63,659 nt of DNA, filler included, from Phoronis australis (GCA_002633005.1; 4 parts of 4 records of this genome joined end to end with filler, not necessarily neighbours in it), one strand, 5' to 3'; shown: positions 13,218-26,930, counted from the first letter of the whole stretch. The notes: generated by a model not told the origin, from the sequence alone. A program made the numbers and translations.

Positions 13218-14891
13218 AGGAGAATGCCACTCGATTTAATTAGTCTTTTACCGTCTTAATCGATCTATATCCACATCGCCTCTTATACATGTATGATCGA
13301 CCTCACCTTGCCGAGAGGTGTCGCGTTAAGCTGTGAGGAAGGTGAGGAACGACGCAGCGACGTCAGTGGTTCGTCTGCATAGTGAATGCCGCTATATTTC
13401 GGTGCATCGTTCCTGCTTGTCCGACCTATGAAGCTGCGAAGAAAGCGGGTATATCGTTTTTTCGACTTCCTCGAAAGCCCGAAATGCTTAGGAAGGCTCG
13501 CGGTAGTGAAGAATGAAAGATGACGCTGTTAATAGCAAGTATGACTCCGTGAAACATCTCCGTGTCAGACTCTGTGGCCAGCATTTCGTCGACAGTGCTT
13601 CTCTGACGAATTCCGGCTTACCAAAGAACTATCCATTTGTTCCGTTGCCAGTGCGTGTTCACAGCGCCTCTCTAGTATTTTTTGATCAGAGTATTCCGAT
13701 TCGAACTGATAGCCTGTGAAACCTAAAGATTCGACCCGTGAAGTCTTCGTCGCATGAGCTCTTGACTAAGTCGGGATTGGCGCCGAGCAAGTTGCCATGT
13801 CTGCGTTCTGTTTCAAAATGAATTATTCTCATCCTAACAAATCCTTATATAAAACTGATACAAAGTCTGTCTCATTAGATACAATTTGTAATGCCTTTGC
13901 AGTATTCGTGAGTGCGAATGTTGACAAGCCAGCATCGAATAAACCACTGCGTTACCGGCTTTTGATACTGGCAATAAAGGTAATTGATAATTGACCGGGC
14001 ACCGAGGCCGTGTGAGCGCATGCTAATTCAGTGTTTGCTGACAGAAAGCTGTTGTGGAATTACTCGACTCGATTTTGTATGCTATGGTCACATGTTATAG
14101 GGGAATCTTTATTTAGAAATACAAATACATTATTCATTTCATTGTTACTGTACAACCTGTGCCCTCACGATCTGTGGATCTGTGGAAGGGGAACCTGACT
14201 TCGCGGCCCCCGACAAGTAAGTATATTTTCAGTTTCGTGGCTAATTCACATAAATAATTACGTGCACGTTATTTCTTTGGCTCACAATTATAGTCTTTTC
14301 GTGACTGGAGGTTTAATTTCCAACTCAAGCGTGTTTATGTTCGTGCCAGTCCCGGCGGCCGCGACGGGCCTGATCGGGTTTCGAGCCACTGGCCGGGATA
14401 ACGAGCGTTTTGTGGCTTTAGAACTCAAAAAATCACAAGTCTAAGTAACACAGTTCTAAGTTCTCCTGTCTGCAATTCACAGAAGAGTACTTCGAATTTA
14501 TCTCCGAACAGACCCCAAACTCCTGCTACGGACCTTTGTAAATTGGCCTGCCGAACTTTATATGCTACGGTGTGTCCAAATACCAATAAATCCGTAACAG
14601 CAAATAAAACAACACGTTTTTATGAGAACTCAGTGTATTTTTAAGGGTTTTACATTGAAGTTTGATCATTTATTGGTGTTAAACGATGAATTCAAGCGAT
14701 AAGCTGACACCAGTACCCCGTGTTGTGAACTGCTGAACAGACTACGTGTGAAACCAATGACGTCATTGGATAATTCCAACACCTCCGTCTGCCGTCAGGT
14801 GCCAGGTAACGCAACCGAACGTGCCGTTATGGAGTAGAACTACTCGATCTAAATTGATGCAAAATAGGTTGTTTTTGGGTGGCATTCTGCT
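13218..14891 (+). mobile_element. Kolobok-like non-autonomous DNA transposon with decayed THAP domain
   Basis: TTAA|AGGAGAATGCCAC ... GTGGCATTCTGCT|TTAA; frameshifted RCIVPACP...GISFFRLPRKPEMLRK(W)LAVV...RLCGQHF from ~13386. Confidence 0.75.
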
Positions 14892-14895
14892 TTAA

Positions 14896-14979
14896 AGATG
14901 CCATGTCTCATTAAAACCATGAATATTCAAATTTGTATCAAGCATTTGCACATTCACGATTTAATGAGACATAGCATCT
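14896..14979. mobile_element. 84-bp TTAA-type mini-MITE abutting the Kolobok-like element
   Basis: 20-bp TIR AGATGC(C/T)ATGTCTCATTAAA; flanks TTAA and GTAA. Confidence 0.6.
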
Positions 14980-15274
14980 GTAACAGTAACGTTTTTAAAC
15001 GTGTCAAAACGCGTCCGTTGTCGACCGCTGTCATGGTCAATTGAGGTGAAACCATATAAAAACATCTATATTACAACCCTGCAACATTGTTGTATCATGA
15101 ACTACTATCAATCTAAATGACTACAGATAAAACAAATGGCTAGTTAGTTAACATCTTCACTTGTTCGCTACAGTCAGCTAAAAATGGAACAGTTACACGA
15201 TGTACTTCCAACACTCTACAAATCAAAGAATGATAACCGACCGATGTCAGAAACCTGTAGGGTAGTTTTACATC

Positions 15275-15714
15275 AATGTCAATTAAAACACATGCCCAGT
15301 CTTATAATGTCAATTAAAACATGCCCAGTCTTATAATGTCAATTAAAACACATGCCCAGTCTTATAATGTCAATTAAAACACATGCCCAGTCTTATAATG
15401 TCAATTAAAACACATGCCCAGTCTTATAATGTCAATTAAAACACATGCCCAGTCTTATAATGTCAATTAAAACACATGCCCAGTCTTATAATGTCAATTA
15501 AAACACATGCCCAGTCTTATAATGTCAATTAAAACACATGCCCAGTCTTATAATGTCAATTAAAACACATGCCCATCTTATAATGTCAATTAAAACACAT
15601 GCCCAGTCTTATAATGTCAATTAAAACACATGCCCAGTCTTATAATGTCAATTAAAACACATGCCCAGTCTTATAATGTCAATTAAAACACATGACCAGT
15701 CTTATAATGTCAAT
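15275..15714. repeat. 31-bp minisatellite (AATGTCAATTAAAACACATGCCCAGTCTTAT)n, ~14 near-perfect copies
   Basis: Directly visible tandem array. Confidence 0.95.
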
Positions 15715-15839
15715 AACACTCACTGTCGTAAAATGGAAATTCTACCTGAGAAACAAATGAAATAAACTGACGCAGAGTGTGGTGTATAACTTTCAGGTTC
15801 ACCATATGGTACACGAGAGTTTACGAGAAACTACGAGTA

Positions 15840-18800
15840 CGCGGCTTCAAAGGGTTCTTAAACAAGTATATTTCCGTGCTTAAAGTTACAGAGTTGCTTG
15901 TTCAACGCGTGCTACTGGTTATCCAACGTGTACTTTTAATCAGTTCATATAGTGTAATCATGCCCGTGTTCTCAAATCTAAAAATGGCGAAAGATTTTTA
16001 CATACGTGCAAGGCCTGTTTCGAAGATTGTTCAAGTGAGCACGTAAACGGTGTACCTTTGTAACTCACTGTAAACTAGGACACAACGAATAACTGATTCA
16101 GCACTTTAATTAAAGGACTATTATCCGAGTTTTAGCTAAGTAAAAAACTCTTAACGCCGTTTTTGCATGGCTTAAAGTTCAGGAAGTTATTAACTTTCAA
16201 CACGTGGAAAAATTGCCAAAACACACTTTTAATACTGCGAACGAATGAAACTTTTAAAACGGTTAAAACGGATTGACATTAAGTCAGTGGCGAATCTACG
16301 GGGGGGGGTTCAGGGTGTTTAACCCCCCCCCCCTTGGGCCAGGACCCAAAAATAAAAAAACAACAAAAAATGTCTCCTGCAAAACAAAAACGACACCGCC
16401 AGCGTGTGTAAACCCCAAGTAAACCAACTTGGAAAAAATTGAGCATTGCGAATTCCTGTTATGAAAATCAACGCATTTCGAGTCTTCGTGGCTCATCGGC
16501 AAAACGCGCGGAGATCAATTGTGCGCGCGCTTCCGTCGACACTTCTGAAGTAGCCAAGCATTTTAGATGGATCCACCGCTGAAAGAGCAGCTCTATATAG
16601 CCGATTTCTTTAGGTAACTAGCTTCTTTACTCTAAGCTATGTTTTGATTTAATCAGGGGAAATACTGCGGTACCACAACCCTAATATTCAGGCGAATTGA
16701 CGTGCAACGTTTTTACCTCATCTGTCATGCCGTGTCATTCCATTATACCCCATACGTTTGTAACTCGAATTTGACTGGTGTATAGTAAAGTTGTCTTGCG
16801 CAATATCATACAGTGTACATGTACATGTAATATTTCTGAAAAGAACGCGTTTTCCGAAGAATTGCTATTGTCGCGGGCACCGTGGTCTGATCGCGAGTTC
16901 GTTTGAAGATGCACTCTAACAAGTTATGTCTATACAAAGAATGACCAAGGGAGCACTCACATTGACAAAGTGACCGCATTCGCGAACAGTGTACAGTACC
17001 AGAAATTGCGGGAGGCTGTATTTTCACAGCAAGTCTTGCGGGATTCGTGTGATGTTCAATAGGCCTCATAAGGATCTCTAGTTCCGACCTCAACACCTAC
17101 CGTCTTTCTACCTGCAATAAGCACAAATGCCGTCTTCTATACTGGGAATTTCAGCAGAAAGGCCCACCCGATGAAACGCCCATGCCCATGGGCATTTATT
17201 TGATATTAGTAGGGCTACATGGGGTTTCAAGCGTTCAGACATTGGGACGTTTATTCCGAAAATGGCAAGTGATGCAAATAGGTCCTGGGATACATCGTCT
17301 AGGTTTGAAGTAGCTCATGATGAACGGATCAAATTTAGTTGCGCATGAAAGTCTTTTGAATGGACTTGGCAACCTCAAGGGTCTTAGTGTCAACTGAGCT
17401 GCGAAACGAGATGCTGACATTGTAGAGACTTACAAGCTCATTGACACAGCAGTTGACGAAGTGCAAGCGTTGGGAACAAACATCGAAGATGTCTGGGCAG
17501 AATGGTTCCAAGACAAGCAAATCATTGGATCCGATATACAGATTCTTCGGCAGTCCAGACAACAGCAGGATAGGACTAACGTTCCTGGAGAGACACCCAC
17601 GTAATAAATTATAATTCTACACAGTTTGTACATAACGTCGGTTTTTTATGCTTGTGTACAATGAAAACGAAATAGAAATTATTTTTGGTCATGCCAAATT
17701 TACCCAGTACAGCAGAGGGTCTACGAGCGCACAGAAACTGATTCTGGTTTGTATTTCCACTTGGCTCTATCTGCTTCATATCCAAAATCTATTTCACGTA
17801 GTGCGTACTTAAATTTGTACTCAATACTTGTTTCTTCCAGTGAGTACTACAGAACGGTGCGAAAACCCTTCCTAGACAACCTCTCGCAGCAGTTGACGAC
17901 CAGATGTATAAAATACACGTACACCTGTATGAGCAACCACTGGGCATTAAAAAATGTCTAGAGAGAAGTTTTCAATTCAAAATTTTTTGCATAGTACGCT
18001 TTAGGTCTCGCGACGGACCAGACCAGCTTGATTTGTGTAGATATTGAGTTTCAGTGTACTTGTGGTCCCTCGGCGAACTAGTCTTATGTTTTTTTACCAA
18101 AGTGTGCCTTGTAAAACTATTTATCTCAGCCAGTACTGTTTAGTCCCGCGAACAGATCAACTATTTTTATAGGGATAATAAGCACAGGTGTACATGTACT
18201 TTTGGTCTCGTGCTGGACCAGGCCACCCTTTTTGTGTACTCTCAGTGTACATCTGGTCCCTCTGCGAAATGGTCCTGTATATCTTTTCACCACGATGTAC
18301 AGAATGTTTTGGTTTCGTGAAACTGTTTTCAGATGATTTGTTTCCTGATACATTTGACGTTTTTCAATTGTTGTCAACGTGATTCAGCTTAATAAAGTGA
18401 TACTTAATTGTTTATTATCGCTTTTAGTAATAGACTATGATATGAGCTAAGAGCACCATCGTTCGCCAGTTTTTCTCGTAACGAGAAAGAACACACGTTT
18501 ATTTCCGGACTAAGAGTACAGGTCTTCGTTCTTAAACAACTTGAGGCTGCTGTTATGCGATCATCTGATATTCAAGTTTTTACGCCGCGTCGGTGCTCCT
18601 TATGCTCTTGAATATTTGGTAGTTGTCTAAACCCTACACACACACACCACACTTTTTCATATACGGCTTTTCGTATGCTAAAAAGGTGTGTATAAGCAGA
18701 TATTCCAACAAAAATTTTTGCTGGTGGCGTGACTCGTACCCAGATGTGCACAAATATGGTTTCACGAAACTTATGTGCCACGTTCATGTGACGAAATCGA

Positions 18801-19157
18801 GAAGGGTTTTAAATTATCTTAAGAAAAATTCAAGAGACATGTTAATTGCCAGAAACTTACCAGGATGCACGGAAATTTCACTATTTGGCTACAAAAACAA
18901 AAAAATTGTCTAACACGGGAGGGGGGTTCCCCCCTCACCCTTACTGAAAACGTAGATCCGCCACTGATTAAGCAACTGTGCATGATAAATAAGAGGAGAA
19001 AGAAAATTGTTTTAGAACCAATTCAGCACGTTGAATAACTAATTCAGCGAGCGTGTTGATTAAGCAATGTTCAGTGTGCGTTAGGCAAAAACGCGCGTTG
19101 AATAAGCACATTTCAACGCGCAAAAAGACACTCGTTTAAGAACCCTTTGGAGCTTCA
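15840..19157. mobile_element. TA-TSD TIR element (same family as 5670-6025) interrupted by a hAT insertion
   Basis: ...CAAAGGGTTCTTAAAC left end and GTTTAAGAACCCTTTGGAGCTTCA|TA right end; internal GTTGATTAAGCA-type repeats on both sides of the insert. Confidence 0.65.
16285..18966 (+). mobile_element. hAT deletion derivative with PRKRIR/ZMYM1-like transposase remnant
   Basis: TIRs CAGTGGCGAATCTACG / CGTAGATCCGCCACTG; remnant LKGLSV..KRDADIVETYKLID...RQQQDRTNVPGETPT^EYYRTVRKPFLDNLSQQLTTR at ~17375-17905. Confidence 0.75.
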
Positions 19158-21118
19158 TAGGTATGGAACTTGGATACGATTAATTACTACACGCCCTGAA
19201 ATTAAATGAGCGTGCCTATTGAAAATGTTAGTCTGTACACTAATCCATGCGTCTTATTTACTGTCTGATAAAGTTGCAAATACTTATATGTGGAATGTGG
19301 CAAGGCAACAATATATCTTAGTTCACAACTTATATTGCAACTTTGACGAGGTGAGAAAGACATTTCAGTAATTAATAACTTAATACGTCACCATAAGACG
19401 CTGTTGACACACTAGAAACCCCAAATCCCCTGTGTGTATGCAACTGTTTACGATTGGTGAAGACCTGGTAGGGTTTAAACTGAAAGTATCTGTCACCAGT
19501 TTAAGTCTGCACGCCATTAGGTCACGTGATGTGCGGACCAGACTTAAAAATGTTTGTGATTGATTAGATATATAGAATGATAATCAGCAAAAATAATAGG
19601 AAAAACACTTAAAGATATATTAAACGCTGACTCGGCTGGTCAAAAACGACCAACAGCAAAGTAAGATGAAATAAGAAGGGCTGTTTATTACGCCAAAAAT
19701 AACACCCACGAGTGGCTTAAAACTCTTACAAATTGCTCAGTTATTTTGAATTAAAATTCAGTGAACAACCCTTTCAATTAAGGAATCTGGAAGTTAAGGT
19801 CACGAGTGACTCTGGACAAGTCTCAAAATTTGGGTAGCTTCTGAATACCATACCTCAAAAGTTGCTAATCGGATTAAAAAAGAAAACACTTTAGAATGAT
19901 CTGCAAAACGCCGCAGTAAGATTTCTTTTGAAATGTTCCAGTTTTGCACAAGGAACTACCAAAAACTTTTAGAAAAAAACGCATCAAATGAAATGAGGAT
20001 TTAGAAAACTGGGACAGCGCTTTTGAGATTTGAAGTTAAATATTAAAAGAAATCCCATTCATACAGCTGTACGAACATATAAGTAACCCCTGGCCTTGTA
20101 ATTAACTTGTAGCCGACTTCCAGCGCAGTGAGTATGAACACCCCTAGTTTTATGACCGAAATCGCCAAACCATTGGTTCATTCTCTATAATTAGTAAACG
20201 AGCTAATCACTGATAGTCATGAGAGAAACTAGAAATTGGCGAATTAATTCTTTGGGTCGGACACAATGGCAACGTCTGCGTTTTCGTTCTTATTTAGCGC
20301 TGCGTTATGACAACTGATGGAACTTCAATCTTGACATTATATGACACTGACATAACATTCAAAAACAAGAAATTCTTACTTCGATCTCAACCCCTATACA
20401 TGTTCAATCTTGGACGCCACGGTGCAAGATTGCGTACTTCATGTCGTTGTAGCCTGTGGCTATCAAATTTGCTTGTCCACTCGCAAATCGCACGTGAATG
20501 CCACGCCTTTCGCTCTCATCTACAATAATATTGCTCTTTTTCAAGTGTCTGTTCTCATCGATGGCGTGAACACAAACGGATCACTATTCTTCACCCGTAT
20601 TCAATTGTTTTGAACAAAGCCGCCGGATACAGTGTGACGTACATGTTTTGTCAAACATACGATAATACTATTCATAAGAAACACACCGGTTTAGTGTTAT
20701 GGAAATAAACTATGACGGAGGACTCAGACTTAATGAGAGCACATAGCGTCATTATTCCGCTCCAGTTTGATTCTTCAAAAACGAATTATAAATGTTTTCG
20801 TTAAATAGACAGATACACGCAAATGTAATCACACAAAAAACAAAAATAGCCAGAAACAGTGTTTAACTCCAGCAAGTCAAAGTTGGTTCGTAACAGGAGT
20901 CAGCTAAACTCAGAGGTGCACGTTCAGCGTGAAGCTGTCTCCACTACGACAAAAAACATGTGTAAAACTGAGATAGATGTGTACATGTACTACCTCAGAG
21001 AAGCCATGGCGGCCGCATGCTTTGGGTGGGCTTTCAAATTCGCAGTATGCAACCAATGTAACCCAAAATTAAGAATTTCAAAATGGCCCATTTACGCATT
21101 GCGTGTGACTTGAGTTCG

Positions 21119-22443
21119 ACGGAAGTAGAATCTTATCACGGTAAGGCCTATTATGAAAACGATATGATGAGTGTTGAACACCAAATTCGATTTTCATTTT
21201 CATTTTCAGCCAGTTAAAGTAAGTGGGACCAGTTAATTCCTGTGAAGATCAACTAATGGTGCTAAGTAAGCCCCCTCCCCCCTAACAAGCCATTACAACA
21301 CGCTAGAGCGCAACTGGAGACAAGTTAACTTTTGTCCCTCAGTCGTCGCCAATTTTTCTCTTCCACAAGGTCACCAGTCATCCACTTTTTAGATCCCTCA
21401 GCATTATTAAAAAGAAAATTGTTCAGTCTGAGGCTGAAGTGGGATGTACCCAAGCTGCTCGAGATCGGATCCTCAAGTGATCCTCAGTTGAATCTTCGAA
21501 CCCGTTGCACAGTTTTGATACAGTCATATCAATGACTACATGGGATACATGTTGCTCTTCGTTATAATTATACAGTGTACCTCGGATATTACGTTACTTT
21601 TGTAACCAAGACGATAAGAAAAAAACATCTGTTTGACGCTTTTTCTGGGCTTTCTTCGGTTACGTGCTCAACAGGATCGCGCTGGTCATATTCCCACTGA
21701 GTGGTTGCACAGAGATTACTCAAACCCTTCACACCAAGGTTATAAATGCTTGAATTTGGTTACCAACAATATTGGCATCACGTTTTTAAAAGCATTTCTC
21801 CTTCAATTTATATACTTGTAACCAAGAAACAGGTGCGATAATTAAAAAACGAAAAAAATGGGTGGCGTCATCAGTGGAAGACTGGTCTCCGCATTTGTGT
21901 TGTTTTACAGCAGTCGTGAGCCAAACTGCTTTCAAAAATTGCCTGGGACGAATATTATGAAAATGTGTGTGGCTGGAGGATACAGTGATGGCAATCGGAC
22001 ACACAACTCAGTTTTTTTATTTCAAAAAGACACTCAGATCGCCCAGAAACAGCACACATTCGTGCATCGTGCACGGGTATGGCAGTCATACACGGTGGGG
22101 CAAGCGATCAGTCAGGGACCACACTGTGCTCAGTTCTTCGGTTTTGTGCCGTGTTGGTGAAACATTTTCCGTTTAGACGCCTTCTTTCGAATATACACTC
22201 CTGTTTATAGCCGTTTGTTAAACACAAGCACGGGTGCTTACTGTTAAACAATCCCAGTAACGTTCCAACCTTTTAGTCAGTCACAACGCATCTAACATGC
22301 TTCGCCATATATATCATTGTGTTTCTCCTACATTAGCAATAACTGTTGGCGAAGTGAAGTTTAGCTGGCTAAAATGAATATCGAATTACTCTCATATAAG
22401 CGGCTCAATAATACTACTTATCGTGGTAGGTTTCTACTTCCCT
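21119..22443 (+). mobile_element. Old Kolobok-like TIR element with decayed THAP domain
   Basis: Diverged ~90-bp inverted ends (GGAAGTAGAATCTTATCACGGTAAG vs CTTATCGTGGTAGGTTTCTACTTCC); MKMCVAGG...SVFLFQKDTQIAQK..FVHRAR.W...VLC..KHF from 21957. Confidence 0.5.
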
Positions 22444-24503
22444 TACGATGTGATGAAAAAATATCCGTCTTTTGATTCTATTGAGATTGGCCATTGTGAA
22501 TTCGAAAAGGGCGCAATGCCGTAACGAGTTGATAACGAAAACGGAATCCTATCACAGTAAGGAAAATTATTTTAAGACCGTGAAAGGGCTAATTTGATTT
22601 TTCTTTTTAGCCAGCCAAACAGGGAGAAATCCAGCATTAAATATACAATGCGGTGTGGTTACTGTTCATGCTTTATTTAAATAACATTAAAATTGAAACC
22701 GTTTTTTTTAATATCTGATTTGGGGTCAAACAATAACGAGGCAGATTAGAGGTTGAACTAGGATTCACTTTTTCAAACGATAGATCAGACGTCCTGGCTT
22801 CTGATTGGACAACGTGTGGACACTGTGTAACTCAACTTCTGGGCGACGTTTAGCCGAACACGTCGATTGAGTTCAACCCTGATGCCTAAAGCATAATCGT
22901 GTCATTTTTACTAGACCAATAGTTACGGAAATCTGTGCCACCTATACTTTCTACGCAGCTTCGACAACTTTTCTTTGACCATGACGGATGGTCTTGGATG
23001 ATCAGGCATTGTTGATGAGATCCCCGCTTTAGGCTTTATCTACAAGGCACTCAGTTGGCCGACCAACTTCTTAATCACGGGACCCGGTTATCATCGGACG
23101 ATGACCCGTAGATTGTTGGGAAATCCTACGACGTCTGGTGTAATTATAAAATTTGAACCCCGTGCAAAAATGACATGGGCCACTTTTTCGATGGCCCTCG
23201 ATTATTTTTCAACATTAAATTTGCTTTGTCGGCACTGTTGAAAACGTGTCAGCCCGTTGAGAATGTGTCAAAGGGGGTCATTTTCTACAGTTTCGTTTGT
23301 AGAAACCGATAAGGAGAGGACAAATATTCCGTGATATTGCGTGGCTTCTTTGGTTTAGTTAGCACCAGTGGAGGATTAACCGTATAACTGGGGTCTAGGT
23401 TGTACTCAAGTTTGGGTCTCCTCCTCCAAACTCGCGGGGCATTCCCTCTGACTAGTTATACAATGATGTGCCTTTGAAGGAGTCACTTTTTAAGCGACAT
23501 TCGTGGTAGGTCACTCCCATCCCCATCTGACGGGATTGTGGGAGTGCTTTTTCCCGAGACCTCATAAATCAGTGCCCTAGGCAGTAGAGTTCAAAGAGGG
23601 GAGGGCGACTTGGTGACGGGGCGACGGCCCCGGGCATCCACATTGGGGTGGGGAGAGAAGGAGCCAAGCCCGGTATACTTCCATATGTGGGGTATACGGG
23701 AATGTGTCGCCAAGAAGGATCCGCTTTCCGTCTGAAGTCTTTACCGATGTGTCCGATATTTTGTCTAAAATCCCTACAAACGGGTAGTAGTTTCGTCACA
23801 AACCTCTACAGAATAGTATGATTTAGTCCCGATTCTGAGACTTATCATTTACACACACCGGGAGTATATTTGCGGCTTTCAGAATGCCATCACCGGGATG
23901 CGTTCATTTCGCCCGTGTTTCTCGGCGTGAACCGTGCCTCAATTTCCGAATCGTTTACCCGTCACCGAGGAGGGATTAACGCAAAATCGGGGTCAACAAC
24001 AAAAATAGGGGTCCCTTAGAGAGACACCAGGACAGAAAAAAAAGTCTACTGGGTCCAAAAGCGTACCGTACCCGGTAAAAATAAACGACTTGACCTGAAA
24101 AGGACGTGTGTCAAGGGAGGGGCATCCAATAAAGGAAATCGTCCCCGGCATCACCAAACCTGAGCACGCAACTGGTTTGTCTGACTAACTTGCTTCTCGC
24201 CTGCTGGCGTTTTGCTCAACAAGTTCTGAAGGGTATATTATTCTTTTTATTCGTCCTTTTTCAGACGTTAGGTGTATTTTTAATATGCACAGGCCTACAC
24301 AAAGCGGCACGTTTTAGGTTTTGGGCTACGAAAAATGACCGCTAATCTTAATAATCCGTTTTTACTGGCCGGCAATCGGGTGACGGTTTTGGGGATTCAA
24401 TCGAACTCCCCTGTTAGGAAAAGGAACACTTTAATGGTAAAAAAGATCCAAGAAAAGGACACGTGGCGGTTCGACCGGTGTTGGCAGTGAAAGTCATGAA
24501 GAA

Positions 24504-24797
24504 GTGGAGTATAAGCTCTGTAAGGTCGGGTGGAGTATCAGCTCAGTAAGGTCGGGTGGAGTATTAGCTCAGTAAGGTCGGGTGGAGTATCGCCTTAGTA
24601 AGGTCGGGTGGAGTATCAGCTCAGTAAGGTCGGGTGGAGTATCAGCTCAGTAAGGTCGGGTGGAGTATCAGCTCAGTAAGGTCGGGTGGAGTATCAGCTC
24701 AGTAAGGTCGGGTGGTGTATCACCTCAGTAAGGTCGGGTGGAGTATCAGGTCAGTAAGGTCCGGTGGAGTATCACTTCATTAAGGTCGGGTGGAGTG
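24504..24797. repeat. 26-bp minisatellite (TAAGGTCGGGTGGAGTATCAGCTCAG)n, ~11 copies
   Basis: Directly visible tandem array. Confidence 0.95.
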
Positions 24798-25337
24798 GCC
24801 GGTGAGCTGTGCGAAATACGGAAAATCCGTGAGTGACAATCCACTCGAACAAAAAACCGCCTACCGTAGAGCAATAGTGTTGGAGCAATTTTGCCGCAAT
24901 GTGTCGCCCCTAATCTCGCGGATCCAATAAAATCTCGGTTTCGAGGACCCCGCACCACTTTACGATACCTGGGGCCTGTATCTCGAACTTTCTTTTGACT
25001 TTTTGCTACAGCCAGAAACCTGTCTATGAGTAGCATGTTACTTATACTGAATATTAAGTATCAGTCCACGGATCCACCGACCACTGTACTGCCAACAGGC
25101 GGCAAGGTGGGGGGTCAGCCATTCAGATCCATGTTTAGTCTGATAAATCACATTAGGGATGAGAGAAATTGGGTGAAGTATGACACCACAAAGTTTGGTG
25201 GTTTAGGAGATACAAGGGAAGTGTTCTTGGGGGCAAAATGAGGCAATTTCTTGGTGTGGAATGAGTCATTTTTGACCAAATTGTCTACTCCAGTTTCTGC
25301 TTCAAACAGAATCGTTTCTGAACAATTTTGATATCAN

Positions 25338-26930
25338 GGTTAGAATCAAGGATAAACCGCCTCCATGGAGCTAATTTTATTGTCTCGCAGGCACGATTAT
25401 CTTAAACGTATTGCCCAACGTTCGCGTAATACTTGTGACTGGAACAAATTCAAAACAGCGCGTAATCTAACAAATAAGGCATGAAAACAGCCCACGACAG
25501 ACCATTATAATACATTAATTAATGACAACAAATCAGATGGTAAATCCTTAAGGAAATTATAAAGTCTGTTTTACCAGGGAAATCGAATACTACTATCGCT
25601 GAAATGAATACGGACGACGGCATGACATTAGATAATGGAGTCATGGCTAATACCTTTAACGACTTTTTCACGGATATTGGCCATAACCTAGCACGAAAAT
25701 TTGGAAACACTAGTCATTTATTTCCACCCTAGATCAGCAAAGATAGAACTCTTAAATTCCATGAGGTTGACTCTAATTTTGTTTGCCAGCAACTCAAATC
25801 AGTGGATGGCAATTCTGCTACTGGAATTGACGGCGTAAATACTAAAATCCTTAAATTATCTGCTAAGACAATCTCTCAGCCCATTACGTCACTGATCAAT
25901 TTATCATTGAAAACATCAACCACAAAGAAGCTTAAAGCTTATGGGGTCACCGGTGTCGAAGCCAAGTGGTTTCAGGATTATCTTGGTAACAGAACTCAAG
26001 CTACCCGTGTCGGGAAGGATATCTCAAATCTGTTAAAATAAGTGTTCCCCAGGAGTCAATACTTTGGGCCCTTGCTATTTTGCATCTTTGTCAATGATCG
26101 CTCCTCAGTAATTCCAAATTCTAAGATTGTTCTGTATGCGGATGAAACTACAAAACTGACCGCAGGCAGAACCTCATCTGAAATCCAGACTAATCTCAAC
26201 TGTGATTTAACAATCATTTCAGATTGGCTTATATCCAATATATTATCCTTAAATGTGTCAAAAACTAAAACTCTTCTGTTTGGCACGTCCCAAAGACTAG
26301 AAACCAAACCCTAGTCATTGAGTATGGATGGAAGTCCAATTGAGAACGTGAGTTCCTTTAAATATCTGGGACTAATATATGATTTAAATCTTAAATTCTC
26401 TCAACACGTTGATTATACATGTATCTCGAAAAAGGTGTCTAGAAAAATTGGCGTATTGAAACGCACCAGTAAATTTGTGAACAGAGTAACACCGAAAACC
26501 ATTTTCAATGCTATCATTCAACCTCACCTAGATTATTGCTTTCCTCTGTGGGGCGCTGCATCAGACAAGTATATGAAAACCATCCAGGTTATCCAAAATA
26601 GGGCTGCCCGGATTATTCTGGGAGCTGGTGTTAGAGACATTAACATTGAAAACCTTCATAAGGAGACTGGAATAATGAAAATACACACATTACATGAATT
26701 CCCATCTGCTTGTCTTGTCCCGACATACTTATGTGCTAAGTTTAAGATGACTACTAATCACTACAATAATAGGTCCTCCAACTTCAATCTTCCGAAACCC
26801 AGAAGCGAAACTGGGAAAAATCATTTTCCTACAGCCGGCCCTATTTATGGAAAACTCTCCCAGCAGATGCCAAACCTGCACCATCCTTGATAACCTTTAA
26901 AACAATTATAAGAAATCGAGTTAACTTTAT
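25338..26930 (+). mobile_element. Degenerate CR1/L2-clade LINE ORF2 (reverse transcriptase and C-terminal region)
   Basis: ANTFNDFFTDIG, ATGIDGV, KLKAYGV...WFQDYLGNRTQ, GPLLFCIFVND, LYADET (YADD), LSLNVSKTK, FKYLG, IIQPHLDYC, IQNRAARII; stops and frameshifts; TATG-rich tail follows. Confidence 0.9.
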
